Notes under the pieces: generated by a model | What the model was told of the DNA's origin: nothing | The model's input: only the letters and a program-made list of their open reading frames with translations | Database searches by the model: none | Position numbers and translations under genes: made by a program | Virus record (IMG/VR): IMGVR_UViG_3300017716_002080 | Span: 1 to 28,628 of that record | Reading direction: 5' to 3' (one strand) | Origin: a virus | Lineage: Duplodnaviria > Caudoviricetes | DNA length: 28,628 nucleotides | Part shown: piece after piece, positions 7,570 to 16,824 of the stretch | Layout: each line of letters begins with the position of its first letter | How positions within the stretch are numbered: the stretch's first letter is position 1

Positions 7570-9153
7570 TTATATATCGCTATTGTTTAAAATAAGATTA
7601 CCCATTTCATCCCATTGTGTTTCGGTCTCTATTAATACTCCATTATCACATTTCTTCTTAATTTGAACCGTTTCAAATCTTTCATCTTGAATATATGATA
7701 ACATAATTTTATCCAATTTAAATAGAACTTCATTCCATTCTTCACTCAATCTATTGTTAAATCTACCTAAACTTTGACCCCTATTAATTTTAATATCATC
7801 AAAATATTTGTTTACACGATATTCTATAGTGGCCCTTTCATTAGATTCAATATTTTGTTTGCGTAGTGAAACTATAATAGACGCTGGTCTTGTAATATAT
7901 GTTTTAACACAATTTGATTGTTTAATACTTTCCTCATTATAATTTACACTATCATTTAAAAGTTTTGGGTAATAAACATCACTACCATCTATTATTGGTT
8001 GTTCAATAATGTCATAACTATATTCCGGATAAATTCTTTCATATGTACCATTACGATAATGGTCTAATTTTTGGGTCCACTCTAAATGTTCTTTTAAGAA
8101 TAAATCATCGTTATTTGATAACCATTTTAAATCTATTTCCCCTAATCTCTTGAGTTGACAATAAAATTTAATGTGGTCATACAATGTATGAGAATTGATT
8201 GTATTATTTACCACCATTGATTTAAACAATTTAAAAAATCTTTTTAATTCCTCTTTTGATATTTGACGTAAAAAATCTTTCGGAACATCATATACATCTT
8301 GATTAGAGTTTAAACAAGCCAAAATCAATTGGTTATCTTGATTAAGCCAATCGTTACCAAATAGTTCTTTAGCTTGTAAGTATAAATGAAAATTAAAATT
8401 TTCACATATATGTAAAGCGGATTTAATTTTTTTACCTGAGAACTTATAATATTCCATAATTGTATCAATCATTCGATTGTCGTTCTTCTTTAAAATCTTT
8501 TTGATTTCTTTTCCAACCCAAGAAGTTTTAAAGATATAAAAATTATTAGGTATTTTTACATTTCTCTTATCTAAATAAAATTTAAATAACCTGTCATCAA
8601 AAGATAAATTTTCTAAATCATTAGTTTTTGAAAATTGGGAAGTAAAAATTGAGAATATTTCTTCTGCGATATTTTCTTTAATTACAGATTTTGACATTGA
8701 ATTAATCTGATGCATCATATTATGTATTGTATTGGGAGAGAAGTAATTCCTTCTAATTCTTTTACGACATTTTCGTTTTAAATTGTATTTATCAATCCCT
8801 CCATGATATACATCTCCGGTTTTGGTGTTTACGGTAACATATGACATATTTTTAATAACTTTAAACCATGATTTACCTACTCTTCTATTTCTATAAATGT
8901 AAAAAATTTTGGTTGATATTTTATCATCATATTTTTCAACCACGATTAATTCTATACTTTCAGTGATATCACAAAATGGATTACCATAATTCTCTAAAAA
9001 ACATTCTTTAGTATCATCAAAACTATCATATTTAAACATTTCTTTAGTTTTTGATATCTGACCAAGAATATCATCCCCTTCAATATGGTTATAATTTTTA
9101 TATTTTGAGGTTCCGTAACGCCTAAATTCTTTTTTATATAAAATTTCTTTCAT
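7570..9153 (-). CDS. PcfJ-like domain protein
   Basis: The C-terminal EESIKQSNCVKTY...IVSLR...RATIEY...QSLGRFN matches the PcfJ pattern E-x3-(M/Q)-x-(H/N)CV-x2-Y...TIE...Q-x2-G-x2-N. Start moved to ATG 9153 (MKEIL), downstream of a promoter element. Confidence 0.8.
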   Translation of the reverse strand: MKEILYKKEFRRYGTSKYKNYNHIEGDDILGQISKTKEMFKYDSFDDTKECFLENYGNPFCDITESIELIVVEKYDDKISTKIFYIYRNRRVGKSWFKVIKNMSYVTVNTKTGDVYHGGIDKYNLKRKCRKRIRRNYFSPNTIHNMMHQINSMSKSVIKENIAEEIFSIFTSQFSKTNDLENLSFDDRLFKFYLDKRNVKIPNNFYIFKTSWVGKEIKKILKKNDNRMIDTIMEYYKFSGKKIKSALHICENFNFHLYLQAKELFGNDWLNQDNQLILACLNSNQDVYDVPKDFLRQISKEELKRFFKLFKSMVVNNTINSHTLYDHIKFYCQLKRLGEIDLKWLSNNDDLFLKEHLEWTQKLDHYRNGTYERIYPEYSYDIIEQPIIDGSDVYYPKLLNDSVNYNEESIKQSNCVKTYITRPASIIVSLRKQNIESNERATIEYRVNKYFDDIKINRGQSLGRFNNRLSEEWNEVLFKLDKIMLSYIQDERFETVQIKKKCDNGVLIETETQWDEMGNLILNNSDI

Positions 9154-9157
9154 AACA

Positions 9158-9165
9158 CAAATATA
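9158..9165 (-). promoter_or_regulatory. Bacteroidota-type -7 promoter element
   Basis: TATATTTG on minus, 4 nt before ATG 9153, so the transcript is probably leaderless. Confidence 0.55.
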
Positions 9166-9204
9166 AAAAAAAAATAATAATTGTCTTAAACAATTATTAT
9201 TTTT
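9165..9204 (-). terminator. AT-rich hairpin, probable terminator
   Basis: Perfect 15-bp inverted repeat (9170-9184 / 9190-9204, AAAAATAATAATTGT) with a 5-nt loop, continuing into a T-run on minus. Confidence 0.55.
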
Positions 9205-9225
9205 ATACACTAAATTTGATTTTTG

Positions 9226-9513
9226 TTAAATTATTGGACCGTATTTTGTTCCAATTATATAGTTTTCGGATATTTCTTCATCTATCCTTACATCCTCAGA
9301 TGGTCTACGATTAATCTCAACACAAATATCAATTATTTGTTTTTGAGTAAGTTGTGGGTCATCACCTCTTTTTACATTTTCAGTTGAAGCCACCTTCACT
9401 TTATCGTAAAATTCTTCTTCCATTTCTTTTGGAACCAAACTCAATAAGTCGTTTGGATTCGTTTTAAAGAAGTTTTTAAAGTTACTTATGTATATCTCAA
9501 CATCAACACTCAT
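9226..9513 (-). CDS. Hypothetical protein (95 aa)
   Basis: Start moved to ATG 9513 (MSVDVEIY) to remove the overlap with the LRR gene. Confidence 0.75.
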   Translation of the reverse strand: MSVDVEIYISNFKNFFKTNPNDLLSLVPKEMEEEFYDKVKVASTENVKRGDDPQLTQKQIIDICVEINRRPSEDVRIDEEISENYIIGTKYGPII

Positions 9514-9529
9514 TTTACTATTATTTAAC

Positions 9530-11335
9530 TTATTTGATAAATTCCCAAAATCCTGGAGGAGAAAATTCTGAAGCATCTTTAAATCTATCGGTTAGAATAA
9601 CATTATCAGAACCTTTTAGATTTATAAAAACCAAGTCAGGTAAATCAACCAAACAATCAGGTATCGTTGTAAGTTCTTTGTTATCCACCAAAGATATGTA
9701 TTGTAAGTTTGAAAGATTACAAATTGAATCAGGAAGACTAGACACACAATTATGTAATACTAATGTAGTTAGATTTTGTAATTTACCAATAGTTTCCGGT
9801 ATTTGAATTGTGATATTACTATCCGGATTATAGATTGTTAATGTTTTTAAAGATTCAGGTAAATTATCTATCAAATCATCAAGCCCATATAACCCAACAT
9901 ATTTACCCACCGGGCCAGAACTAAATCCGTTAATATCTAACTTATCATCTCTAGTTGTAAGAGTTTGTGCAAATTTTGGTTTCAACTCTTCTTTAACATT
10001 CTTCAACATTGGAGTATTCAAAAGTGAAATATCTTCAATACTTAAACTGCCAATATCTTTATTCTTAATACTATCAATTTTTTTACTAATATAGTATTTT
10101 AAAACATCCGCTTCTGAATTTGAAATCATATTAGAAGATAAGTCCATTCCCAATGCAATATATTTTTTCTTTAACGAAGGAATCAAATTAGAATATTGAA
10201 TGTCAGATAATTTAGGACTATTGTATTCTAACCACATTTCCACTTGTTGTGGGTTATCAAAATTTTCCATTGGGTTATCGCCAACTCTAACATTTTTAAC
10301 GGTATTAATTAATTCTATTTCTTCATCAGTCAATGGTACCGGTTTAAAAATATCTTTCAACCCTTCAAGTTTTGGAACTTTTGATACAATTTCATCCCAA
10401 GGTAAATTCGTGCCACCAGCGTATCGACCTGAATTTGTTTTATCCGCCATTGATATTTGACCATTACGATCAACAAGAAGTACTGTTGCAAAATTTAAGT
10501 CATCAAAACTTTTATCCTCGTCAATCACATAATAAAGAGTTCTCCCGTTACCCAATCTGTAATTATAATACATATTACCACCACCCTCACGGCTAGTACA
10601 CCATCCTCTACCATTTTTCAATCGAATACATTGGTCTTTAGTTTTGGGTGCAAATATTTTTAAATTATTTTGATTATAAACCAAGTCGATGTCTTCAATA
10701 TCTTCTTTTTTACTTACCTTATCTCTTTTATTATCTAACCCATCTAACAAATACTCTAACTCGATGAACGACATTTTATCCGCACCTTTAGTATCGACGG
10801 GTATTACATCAAAATTAGTTATATAATCCGTAATATAATACAAAATTTGGGCAGGTGTTAAATTAGAATTTTCTTTTGAAAATTTTTCAGTGAGTTTTTT
10901 AATCAAAACTTGGTCATAAACTTTATCTACCAACTTAACTAATTGTAAATAATTATACTTGTTAATATCTTGTCTATCTTCAGGTAATTCTGATTGAATC
11001 TCTAAAAATTTCTTAATATACTTTTTAAGTGGTATATTTTCAACCTCAGATTCTTTTTTCTTAAAATTTGTAAAAATGTCTTTGAGTTGTTTGGCAAATG
11101 TTTTACCATCAATATACGACTTTAAATCTTTATATGAATATTTTGTAATATCTCTTTTTGTTGAGTCTAAACCTTCCTTATATTTATCAAATAAATCAAT
11201 ATATGATATTATTGTTTTTTCATCATCTGAAGTCTGATTTTTAAATTTGGTATACAATTGTTTTTTTACCTTATCAGATACTTCAATTAGAATATTTTTA
11301 TTTAATGTTCGTAATAGTCTCATTTCTAATTTCAT
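9530..11335 (-). CDS. WCT-motif domain plus C-terminal leucine-rich-repeat protein (paralog 1)
   Basis: CIRLKNGRGWCTSR...GRTLYYVID, then LRRs IPETIGKLQNLTTLVLHNC / LPDSICNLSNLQYISLVDN / IPDCLVDLPDLVFINLKGS. Confidence 0.9.
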   Translation of the reverse strand: MKLEMRLLRTLNKNILIEVSDKVKKQLYTKFKNQTSDDEKTIISYIDLFDKYKEGLDSTKRDITKYSYKDLKSYIDGKTFAKQLKDIFTNFKKKESEVENIPLKKYIKKFLEIQSELPEDRQDINKYNYLQLVKLVDKVYDQVLIKKLTEKFSKENSNLTPAQILYYITDYITNFDVIPVDTKGADKMSFIELEYLLDGLDNKRDKVSKKEDIEDIDLVYNQNNLKIFAPKTKDQCIRLKNGRGWCTSREGGGNMYYNYRLGNGRTLYYVIDEDKSFDDLNFATVLLVDRNGQISMADKTNSGRYAGGTNLPWDEIVSKVPKLEGLKDIFKPVPLTDEEIELINTVKNVRVGDNPMENFDNPQQVEMWLEYNSPKLSDIQYSNLIPSLKKKYIALGMDLSSNMISNSEADVLKYYISKKIDSIKNKDIGSLSIEDISLLNTPMLKNVKEELKPKFAQTLTTRDDKLDINGFSSGPVGKYVGLYGLDDLIDNLPESLKTLTIYNPDSNITIQIPETIGKLQNLTTLVLHNCVSSLPDSICNLSNLQYISLVDNKELTTIPDCLVDLPDLVFINLKGSDNVILTDRFKDASEFSPPGFWEFIK

Positions 11336-11350
11336 TTATAATAAATATCT
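11335..11350 (-). promoter_or_regulatory. Putative late promoter AGATATTTATTATAAA
   Basis: An identical 16-mer occurs at 18945-18960; both copies sit directly upstream of a gene start. Confidence 0.6.
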
Positions 11351-11356
11351 AATAGT

Positions 11357-12676
11357 TTAATTAGAGCTAACATCCCACAATCCTCCACCCATATTAGTTC
11401 CTTTTTCTTTCATAATGCTAGGGATTTCAACACTTGCACTTCCTTTTAGGTTAATGAAAAAGAGGTTTGGTAAATTAACAATACATTCAGGTATTTTTGT
11501 CAATTTTTGATTATTGACTAATGATAAAAACTTTAAATTAGTTAATTCACATATACTATCAGGAATAGCATCAATACAATTTTCCAACAATAATAAATTT
11601 AAGTTTTTAAATCTACTAATCGATTCAGGTATTCTAATAATAACATTAGATTTATCTCTATTTTGAATTTGTAAATCAGTTAGTGATTCAGGTAAAGTGT
11701 CAATTAAATCATCAAGACCATACAATCCAATAAATTTACCTACCGCACCGGAATTAAAACTATCAATAACTAATTTTTCACCATTTAATGTTAATCCTTT
11801 GGCAAATTCAGGTTTAAAGAAGTCCTTTAATTCCGACATAGGTCCGTTCAAAAATCCTACCAAGTCAATTTGTCGGTCATCTATGTCCATGAATTGATTA
11901 CTTGGGAAATGGAATTGATATCTTTCTTTAGGTAATCCTGTTTGAGGTGAAACGTCAGTATCTCCCGGTCTGAATATAACATATAAAGGTCCGTCCTTAA
12001 TATATCTTTCAAAATGTGTTAATCCCGGTGATGATGTACACCATCTTGTTTCTTGATTATTTCCTCCGTAAAAACAAGCAGCTTCTTTACCTGCAGCACC
12101 CTCATCTTCAATTTCAATAACTCTCCAAGTTGGTCCATCAAATAATATTTTAGCACCAGGGTGAACCGGTGCGGATTTTCTTTCTGATTTACTTGTTGAG
12201 GCAATAGTTAAATCAAAATCTTTAACCGCGTCATATAATGATGATGGTGTTAATTTATTAATGTCCCTCATTTCTTGAGGTAATTTGTTCTTGAATCTTT
12301 CAAACTTTGTAAGGTCTTCAGTTACTTTATATAAGTCCTCTATGAAAGTATTTTTAACTTGCTTCACTTCTTTATCATACCCATTATCACCAGGTTGTCT
12401 TTCAGTTTTAGGTGATAAATAATTTTTAATTACCCATTGAACATACTTACCGGCTTTAACTTTACCAAGTTCTTTGGAATCCGCAGTTAACATATTAACA
12501 TTATTGGTCCTTGTTGTTGGGTCAGCATTAACTAATATAATAAACTCATCTTTATTTAATTTTGGTTTGATAGTCTTTCCGTCCTTATCTTTTGATGGTT
12601 TAGTTAACACATCAAACAACAATTCAATTCTAGTTTGTTCAAGGATTACTTTTTTTAATAATGATGTAAATTTCAT
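11357..12676 (-). CDS. WCT-motif domain plus C-terminal leucine-rich-repeat protein (paralog 2)
   Basis: ACFYGGNNQETRWCTSS...YIKDGPLYVIF, then LRRs IPESISRFKNLNLLLLENC / IPDSICELTNLKFLSLVNN / IPECIVNLPNLFFINLKGS. Tandem TATTTAT at 12690-12703 upstream. Confidence 0.9.
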   Translation of the reverse strand: MKFTSLLKKVILEQTRIELLFDVLTKPSKDKDGKTIKPKLNKDEFIILVNADPTTRTNNVNMLTADSKELGKVKAGKYVQWVIKNYLSPKTERQPGDNGYDKEVKQVKNTFIEDLYKVTEDLTKFERFKNKLPQEMRDINKLTPSSLYDAVKDFDLTIASTSKSERKSAPVHPGAKILFDGPTWRVIEIEDEGAAGKEAACFYGGNNQETRWCTSSPGLTHFERYIKDGPLYVIFRPGDTDVSPQTGLPKERYQFHFPSNQFMDIDDRQIDLVGFLNGPMSELKDFFKPEFAKGLTLNGEKLVIDSFNSGAVGKFIGLYGLDDLIDTLPESLTDLQIQNRDKSNVIIRIPESISRFKNLNLLLLENCIDAIPDSICELTNLKFLSLVNNQKLTKIPECIVNLPNLFFINLKGSASVEIPSIMKEKGTNMGGGLWDVSSN

Positions 12677-12738
12677 CTCTAGTTGTTTTATAAATAATAA
12701 ATATAAATGAGATACAAAAATAACACTTTATTAATAAA

Positions 12739-13590
12739 TCAATCGATTTTATAATTCATAATGAGAAGTTCCACCCCCATATTTTGTTTTGTCCCTTTTT
12801 TTGCTGCCGCGGCCTTTGCGAACTCTTTTCTTTCCCATCGATACTTGTCCTCTGGAAACCACTCGTGTAGTAAATCAAAATCATAATAAGATAAACTAAA
12901 TCTACCTTTTACCTCATCCAATACATTTGCAAGTCTTTCGTGGTCATCCCTATCGAAATCATGATTTGAATAATAATTCTCGGTTTTAAAGTACGGTGGG
13001 TCTAAATAGAAGTATGTAGTAGGTGAATCATATTTTACAATTAAATCTGCAAAATCCATATTCTCAACTTTACTTATTCTTAAGAAATGTTCAACCCAAT
13101 CCGGTTTTGATAGTTTATCTCTAAATGTCAAATACTTTGATTTGTATTTGCCTTTCAAATCAATAAAAGAACTTGTTTCGGGTTTACTACCACTGAATAC
13201 TTGTGTTAAAACATACACATACTTTGCAGCAACTTGATAATCAGGATAGTTGATTGTAAATCCATCACCAAATAACTCAGATTGAAAACTAACGAATTGT
13301 TCACGATAAATTGGTGGTGTGGTTTCCTCACCTAATTGTTGACATGGGATTGAATTAATTGTCTCGAGTAATACCTCCGGTTTTTTAATACACTGAAATA
13401 AATTATAATTTAGTGGGTTAAAGTCATTATAAACAACTTCCTTAAGATTAGGGTATTTTGACAAGTCCATATTGAAAAAACACCAGAACATTCCTCCGAA
13501 TGTCTCGACGTATATTTCCATATCTTGTGGGTAAAATGGAACTATCCACTTACCAATTTTAGATTTTCCTCCGATGTAACTTAAACACAT
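12739..13590 (-). CDS. D12-class N6-adenine DNA methyltransferase (Dam-like)
   Basis: YIGGKS motif X, YVETFGG motif I (divergent), VYNDFN, and catalytic YLDPPY. Confidence 0.92.
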   Translation of the reverse strand: MCLSYIGGKSKIGKWIVPFYPQDMEIYVETFGGMFWCFFNMDLSKYPNLKEVVYNDFNPLNYNLFQCIKKPEVLLETINSIPCQQLGEETTPPIYREQFVSFQSELFGDGFTINYPDYQVAAKYVYVLTQVFSGSKPETSSFIDLKGKYKSKYLTFRDKLSKPDWVEHFLRISKVENMDFADLIVKYDSPTTYFYLDPPYFKTENYYSNHDFDRDDHERLANVLDEVKGRFSLSYYDFDLLHEWFPEDKYRWERKEFAKAAAAKKGTKQNMGVELLIMNYKID

Positions 13591-13635
13591 ATATTTTTTT
13601 TCTAAAAATATAATAAAAAAAATCGAAAAGGCAAA

Positions 13636-13812
13636 TTATTTATAACAATTTTTGTATGGTCGGCAAGATGCCTTTTGAGTGAATCCCATATCTTTACATG
13701 AAGTAGACTCACAATAGGATTTACTATACTTACGAGGTTTCTTAAATTTCTGTTGTTCTTTCTCATCAAGATATTGATAAAGAACTCTTTTAATAATTTG
13801 TTCAATTAACAT
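13636..13812 (-). CDS. Small basic Cys-containing protein (58 aa)
   Basis: MLIEQIIKRVLYQYLDE...YCESTSCKDMGFTQKASCRPYKNCYK with four Cys. TATTTAT lies at 13817-13823 upstream. Start moved to 13812. Confidence 0.75.
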   Translation of the reverse strand: MLIEQIIKRVLYQYLDEKEQQKFKKPRKYSKSYCESTSCKDMGFTQKASCRPYKNCYK

Positions 13813-13825
13813 ACATATAAATATT

Positions 13826-13999
13826 ATGGAAAACAATAATCAAACTTCAGGATGTAAAAAATGTAAACAAAAAGGACCCGGAGCGTTACAAATAGGGTCT
13901 ATCATCTTAGGATTCTATGTATTATTCAGTTCAATTTACGGAACAATAGAAATAGGTAAGTCAATTATTTCTTGGGTTAAGTCGTCTTTTGGAATTTAA
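13826..13999 (+). CDS. Small CxxC membrane protein (57 aa)
   Basis: Not in the ORF track: [57 protein letters not shown]. It fills an otherwise empty gap. Confidence 0.72.
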   Translation: MENNNQTSGCKKCKQKGPGALQIGSIILGFYVLFSSIYGTIEIGKSIISWVKSSFGI

Positions 14000-14918
14000 C
14001 ATTTAATTTCACATACATATCCCCTCCCGGAAATCCTTTACCCTTTAATCTTAGAGGTTTTGAAGTGTCAAACACATTTGGTGCATTTATATTCAAATCA
14101 CCATCCGGGTGAGGTATTGTAAACTTATCTTGCCGAACTTCATCTAAATTCAAATATAGACTATATATTAGGTCGTTATTCATCTTTTCATACCCATCTT
14201 GAGGTATTACTTCAAGTTGTAAAATTAAGTCCCCATACTCACCATTTCTAAAGTCTCCTAAATCCGCAAATTTAAGGAACTGACCACTATCCACCCCAAC
14301 CGGTAATTTAATGGTTATTTGATTAGTCGTAGGCTTAAACCCATTCCCTCCGCATCCATAACATCTATGAACTAAAGTGTAACCTCGACCTCCACATCCA
14401 CCACATGCGGTTCTAAATTGTTGAGTCATAAATCCGGTTCCAACACTTTTAACTTGGAATCCCATACCATTACATCCAGTACAAACTTGTTGTTCTCCTC
14501 CGCTACCGCCACAACCGCTACATTGATTGTCCTTGATATATTGTATTGTTTTTTGAGACCCTAAATAAGATTCAATTGGTGTTATACTTACCTTAATAAC
14601 CTTATCAGGTGTCACCTTTCTTCTTTGACCTCCTTCAAAAGGATTTCCTCCTCTATTACCAAACATTTGATTAATTAAATCTTCATAAGATGCCCCGCCA
14701 CCCATGTTGGCAAATGGGTTATTTAATCTATTGTCATACTCCTTTCTTTTATTCTCATCTCCAATGTGATCGTATGCCTCAGCAATCTCTTTAAACTTAT
14801 CCCCACCTTCAGGATTTCTATCAGGATGGTATTGAATTGCAAGTTTTCTATAAGATTTTTTTATTTCATCTTGACTTGCGTCTTTACTTACTCCTAAAAT
14901 TTCATAATAATTACTCAT
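13977..14918 (-). CDS. dnaJ: DnaJ chaperone (J-domain plus zinc finger)
   Basis: YYEILGV...HPD J-domain, G/F linker, four CxxCxGxG repeats and a shortened C-terminal domain. Confidence 0.95.
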   Translation of the reverse strand: MSNYYEILGVSKDASQDEIKKSYRKLAIQYHPDRNPEGGDKFKEIAEAYDHIGDENKRKEYDNRLNNPFANMGGGASYEDLINQMFGNRGGNPFEGGQRRKVTPDKVIKVSITPIESYLGSQKTIQYIKDNQCSGCGGSGGEQQVCTGCNGMGFQVKSVGTGFMTQQFRTACGGCGGRGYTLVHRCYGCGGNGFKPTTNQITIKLPVGVDSGQFLKFADLGDFRNGEYGDLILQLEVIPQDGYEKMNNDLIYSLYLNLDEVRQDKFTIPHPDGDLNINAPNVFDTSKPLRLKGKGFPGGDMYVKLNVKFQKTT

Positions 14919-14920
14919 AT

Positions 14921-15568
14921 ATGTCGAACTATTTGGTGGTTTTATTTAAGAATAAAAAAAAGAAAAAAATAATAAAGAAGTTTATTACATTATCTCGTGC
15001 CAAAAATTATTTTGAGGGATTAATGAATACATCCAATGAAGTAATATTTGAAGTTTTGGTTGAGAATGGGAAGGATTGTAAATTTGAATTGGGATTACTT
15101 GAAACGAAATCAAATCAAAACGCTCCAGTGTATTTAACCGATGAGTTTGGAAGAAATATAAAAGTTAAGATTGAAGAAGATAATATATCCATCCTAACCA
15201 TCAGACCATACAAAGAGGAGGATTTAATTTACGATGTTGTAAACAAAAAGAAAATTACCACTCAAGAATTTATTAAAAAATATTTGAAGGGTGATGGGTT
15301 AAAAATGGTTTCGGTGCTAAATAATAAAGTTGTTTTACAAAGAGATGAAAAAATTGATTTGTTTTCTTTAAAAAATGAATCTGAATGTTCGAGATTTGTG
15401 GATTGTCTATCTTCATATTTCTTTAAAATAAAAAGAGGTGATTGTCTTTTCATTAAAGACTATTCATCACCTCAAAGAAAATATCTCTATGAATTATTGG
15501 AATCCAATGGATTCGATAAAAAAGTGTTGTATCGTAAATTTACTACTTACCCTCCTTCTCGGAATTAG
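14921..15568 (+). CDS. Hypothetical protein (215 aa)
   Basis: Start moved to ATG 14921 (MSNYLVVLF) to avoid overlapping dnaJ. Confidence 0.8.
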   Translation: MSNYLVVLFKNKKKKKIIKKFITLSRAKNYFEGLMNTSNEVIFEVLVENGKDCKFELGLLETKSNQNAPVYLTDEFGRNIKVKIEEDNISILTIRPYKEEDLIYDVVNKKKITTQEFIKKYLKGDGLKMVSVLNNKVVLQRDEKIDLFSLKNESECSRFVDCLSSYFFKIKRGDCLFIKDYSSPQRKYLYELLESNGFDKKVLYRKFTTYPPSRN

Positions 15569-15791
15569 GATTTTCCATTAAAACAAAATGGAATTCTGTC
15601 CCGGATATATCAATTGAAAATTGTTTGTGTTGTCGGTCAACCTCTCTAAAGTGATTGATAACACTGGTGTATTCACCTATTGGTAATTCAAATATTATGG
15701 TTCCTTTTCCACTGAAAAGAGTTTGAACGGACTCAGCAATTAATGCTAGTTTTTCTATTATCCCAATATCAGTATTTTTATTTTCTTCCAT
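15543..15791 (-). CDS. Hypothetical protein
   Basis: 82-aa ORF in a run of overlapping co-directional ORFs. Confidence 0.72.
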   Translation of the reverse strand: MEENKNTDIGIIEKLALIAESVQTLFSGKGTIIFELPIGEYTSVINHFREVDRQHKQFSIDISGTEFHFVLMENPNSEKEGK

Positions 15792-15949
15792 AAACTAAGT
15801 TTAACCGGTTTCGGGAAAAGGTTTTCTTTCTCTATCCCCTTAATTTGTTTAATTATTTTTTCTTTTTCTCGGTCAAGTTCTCTTTGGTCTTTAAGTTTTT
15901 CACTTGTTAACCAATTCAATAAGTGCTGGCTCCTGTCTGTCTTGCTCAT
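15758..15949 (-). CDS. Hypothetical protein
   Basis: 63-aa ORF filling the gap between neighbours, with short overlaps. Confidence 0.68.
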   Translation of the reverse strand: MSKTDRSQHLLNWLTSEKLKDQRELDREKEKIIKQIKGIEKENLFPKPVKLSLWKKIKILILG

Positions 15950-16385
15950 TGTCTAAATTTATATCTTGGCTGTCATTTATTTCATCATCTAAATCTCCAC
16001 CTAACTCAGTATCAATCTCTTCATCAAAATCAAAATATAGGTTCTTTAATTTATCTAAATCCGTCTTCTCAAATGTTTGTTTCAATTGGTCTACGGTTTG
16101 TTTAAATAATCTTTCTTTTAGTTCCCTCTCTTTATTTAGTTTAATAATTTTACCAATCTTAACCAGTATCATACATACTTCTGATTCACTGATTGATGTG
16201 ACAAAAGTAATCCCTTTTTGGTTTTGATCTTCAACCTCAAACCCAATAATTTTTCCCTCATCAATAATACTTTTAGGTATAGACCATTTGGTTGGAAATT
16301 TCATGTCAAAACTCAAATATGACTCCAATTTTCTAATTGAGTGGACATATTCGACGAATGGTAATAATTCTTTATAAAAACTCAT
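15900..16385 (-). CDS. Hypothetical protein with acidic tail
   Basis: 161 aa, with an ATGA overlap to the upstream gene. Confidence 0.8.
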   Translation of the reverse strand: MSFYKELLPFVEYVHSIRKLESYLSFDMKFPTKWSIPKSIIDEGKIIGFEVEDQNQKGITFVTSISESEVCMILVKIGKIIKLNKERELKERLFKQTVDQLKQTFEKTDLDKLKNLYFDFDEEIDTELGGDLDDEINDSQDINLDNEQDRQEPALIELVNK

Positions 16386-16570
16386 TTTTGTATAAGATAT
16401 GTTATTATGTAACTAATTGATATTCCTAATAGGAAAAGTTCCCTGTTACTATAACTCAAAGGTTGAGGTTCGGTTTGTAACAGGGCACTTATAAATTTTT
16501 TGACATTTTTCAATGACACTAATATTGTAAAAACAAATATAAAAAGATATATTGTATTAATATTATGCAC
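16382..16570 (-). CDS. Small two-TM membrane protein
   Basis: Probable GTG start at 16570 overlapping the Hc1 gene end. Hydrophobic segments IYLFIFVFTILVSL and LFLLGISISYIITYLI. Confidence 0.68.
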   Translation of the reverse strand: MHNINTIYLFIFVFTILVSLKNVKKFISALLQTEPQPLSYSNRELFLLGISISYIITYLIQK

Positions 16571-16745
16571 CTTTCTCTGTCTTGTTGTGTTCAAGAATTT
16601 CACCTCTCAATGTTTGAAGTAACGCCTTCAACTCTTGTGCCGATTTTCTAGCTCTTGTACCTGCACTTTTGTTTCCACCAAAAAACTTTGTAGCTTCTAC
16701 TGAAAGTGATTCTGCCAATACTTTGATTTGTTCTAATGTTTCCAT
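16563..16745 (-). CDS. Histone H1-like (Hc1 family) protein
   Basis: KFFGGNKSAGTRARKSAQELK matches the GNKxAGxRARK signature of short Bacteroidota Hc1-like proteins. Confidence 0.88.
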   Translation of the reverse strand: METLEQIKVLAESLSVEATKFFGGNKSAGTRARKSAQELKALLQTLRGEILEHNKTEKGA

Positions 16746-16824
16746 TTTTTTAAAAAATTATTTAGTTTATTTATATGATAAAAATATTAAGAGTTTTTAT
16801 TTTAGTGTAAATAGAAACACTTCT

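Noticed and set aside
13602-13805. 67-aa alternative-frame ORF
   Set aside because: It overlaps the Cys-motif ORF 13636-13812 and runs through the MTase upstream region.
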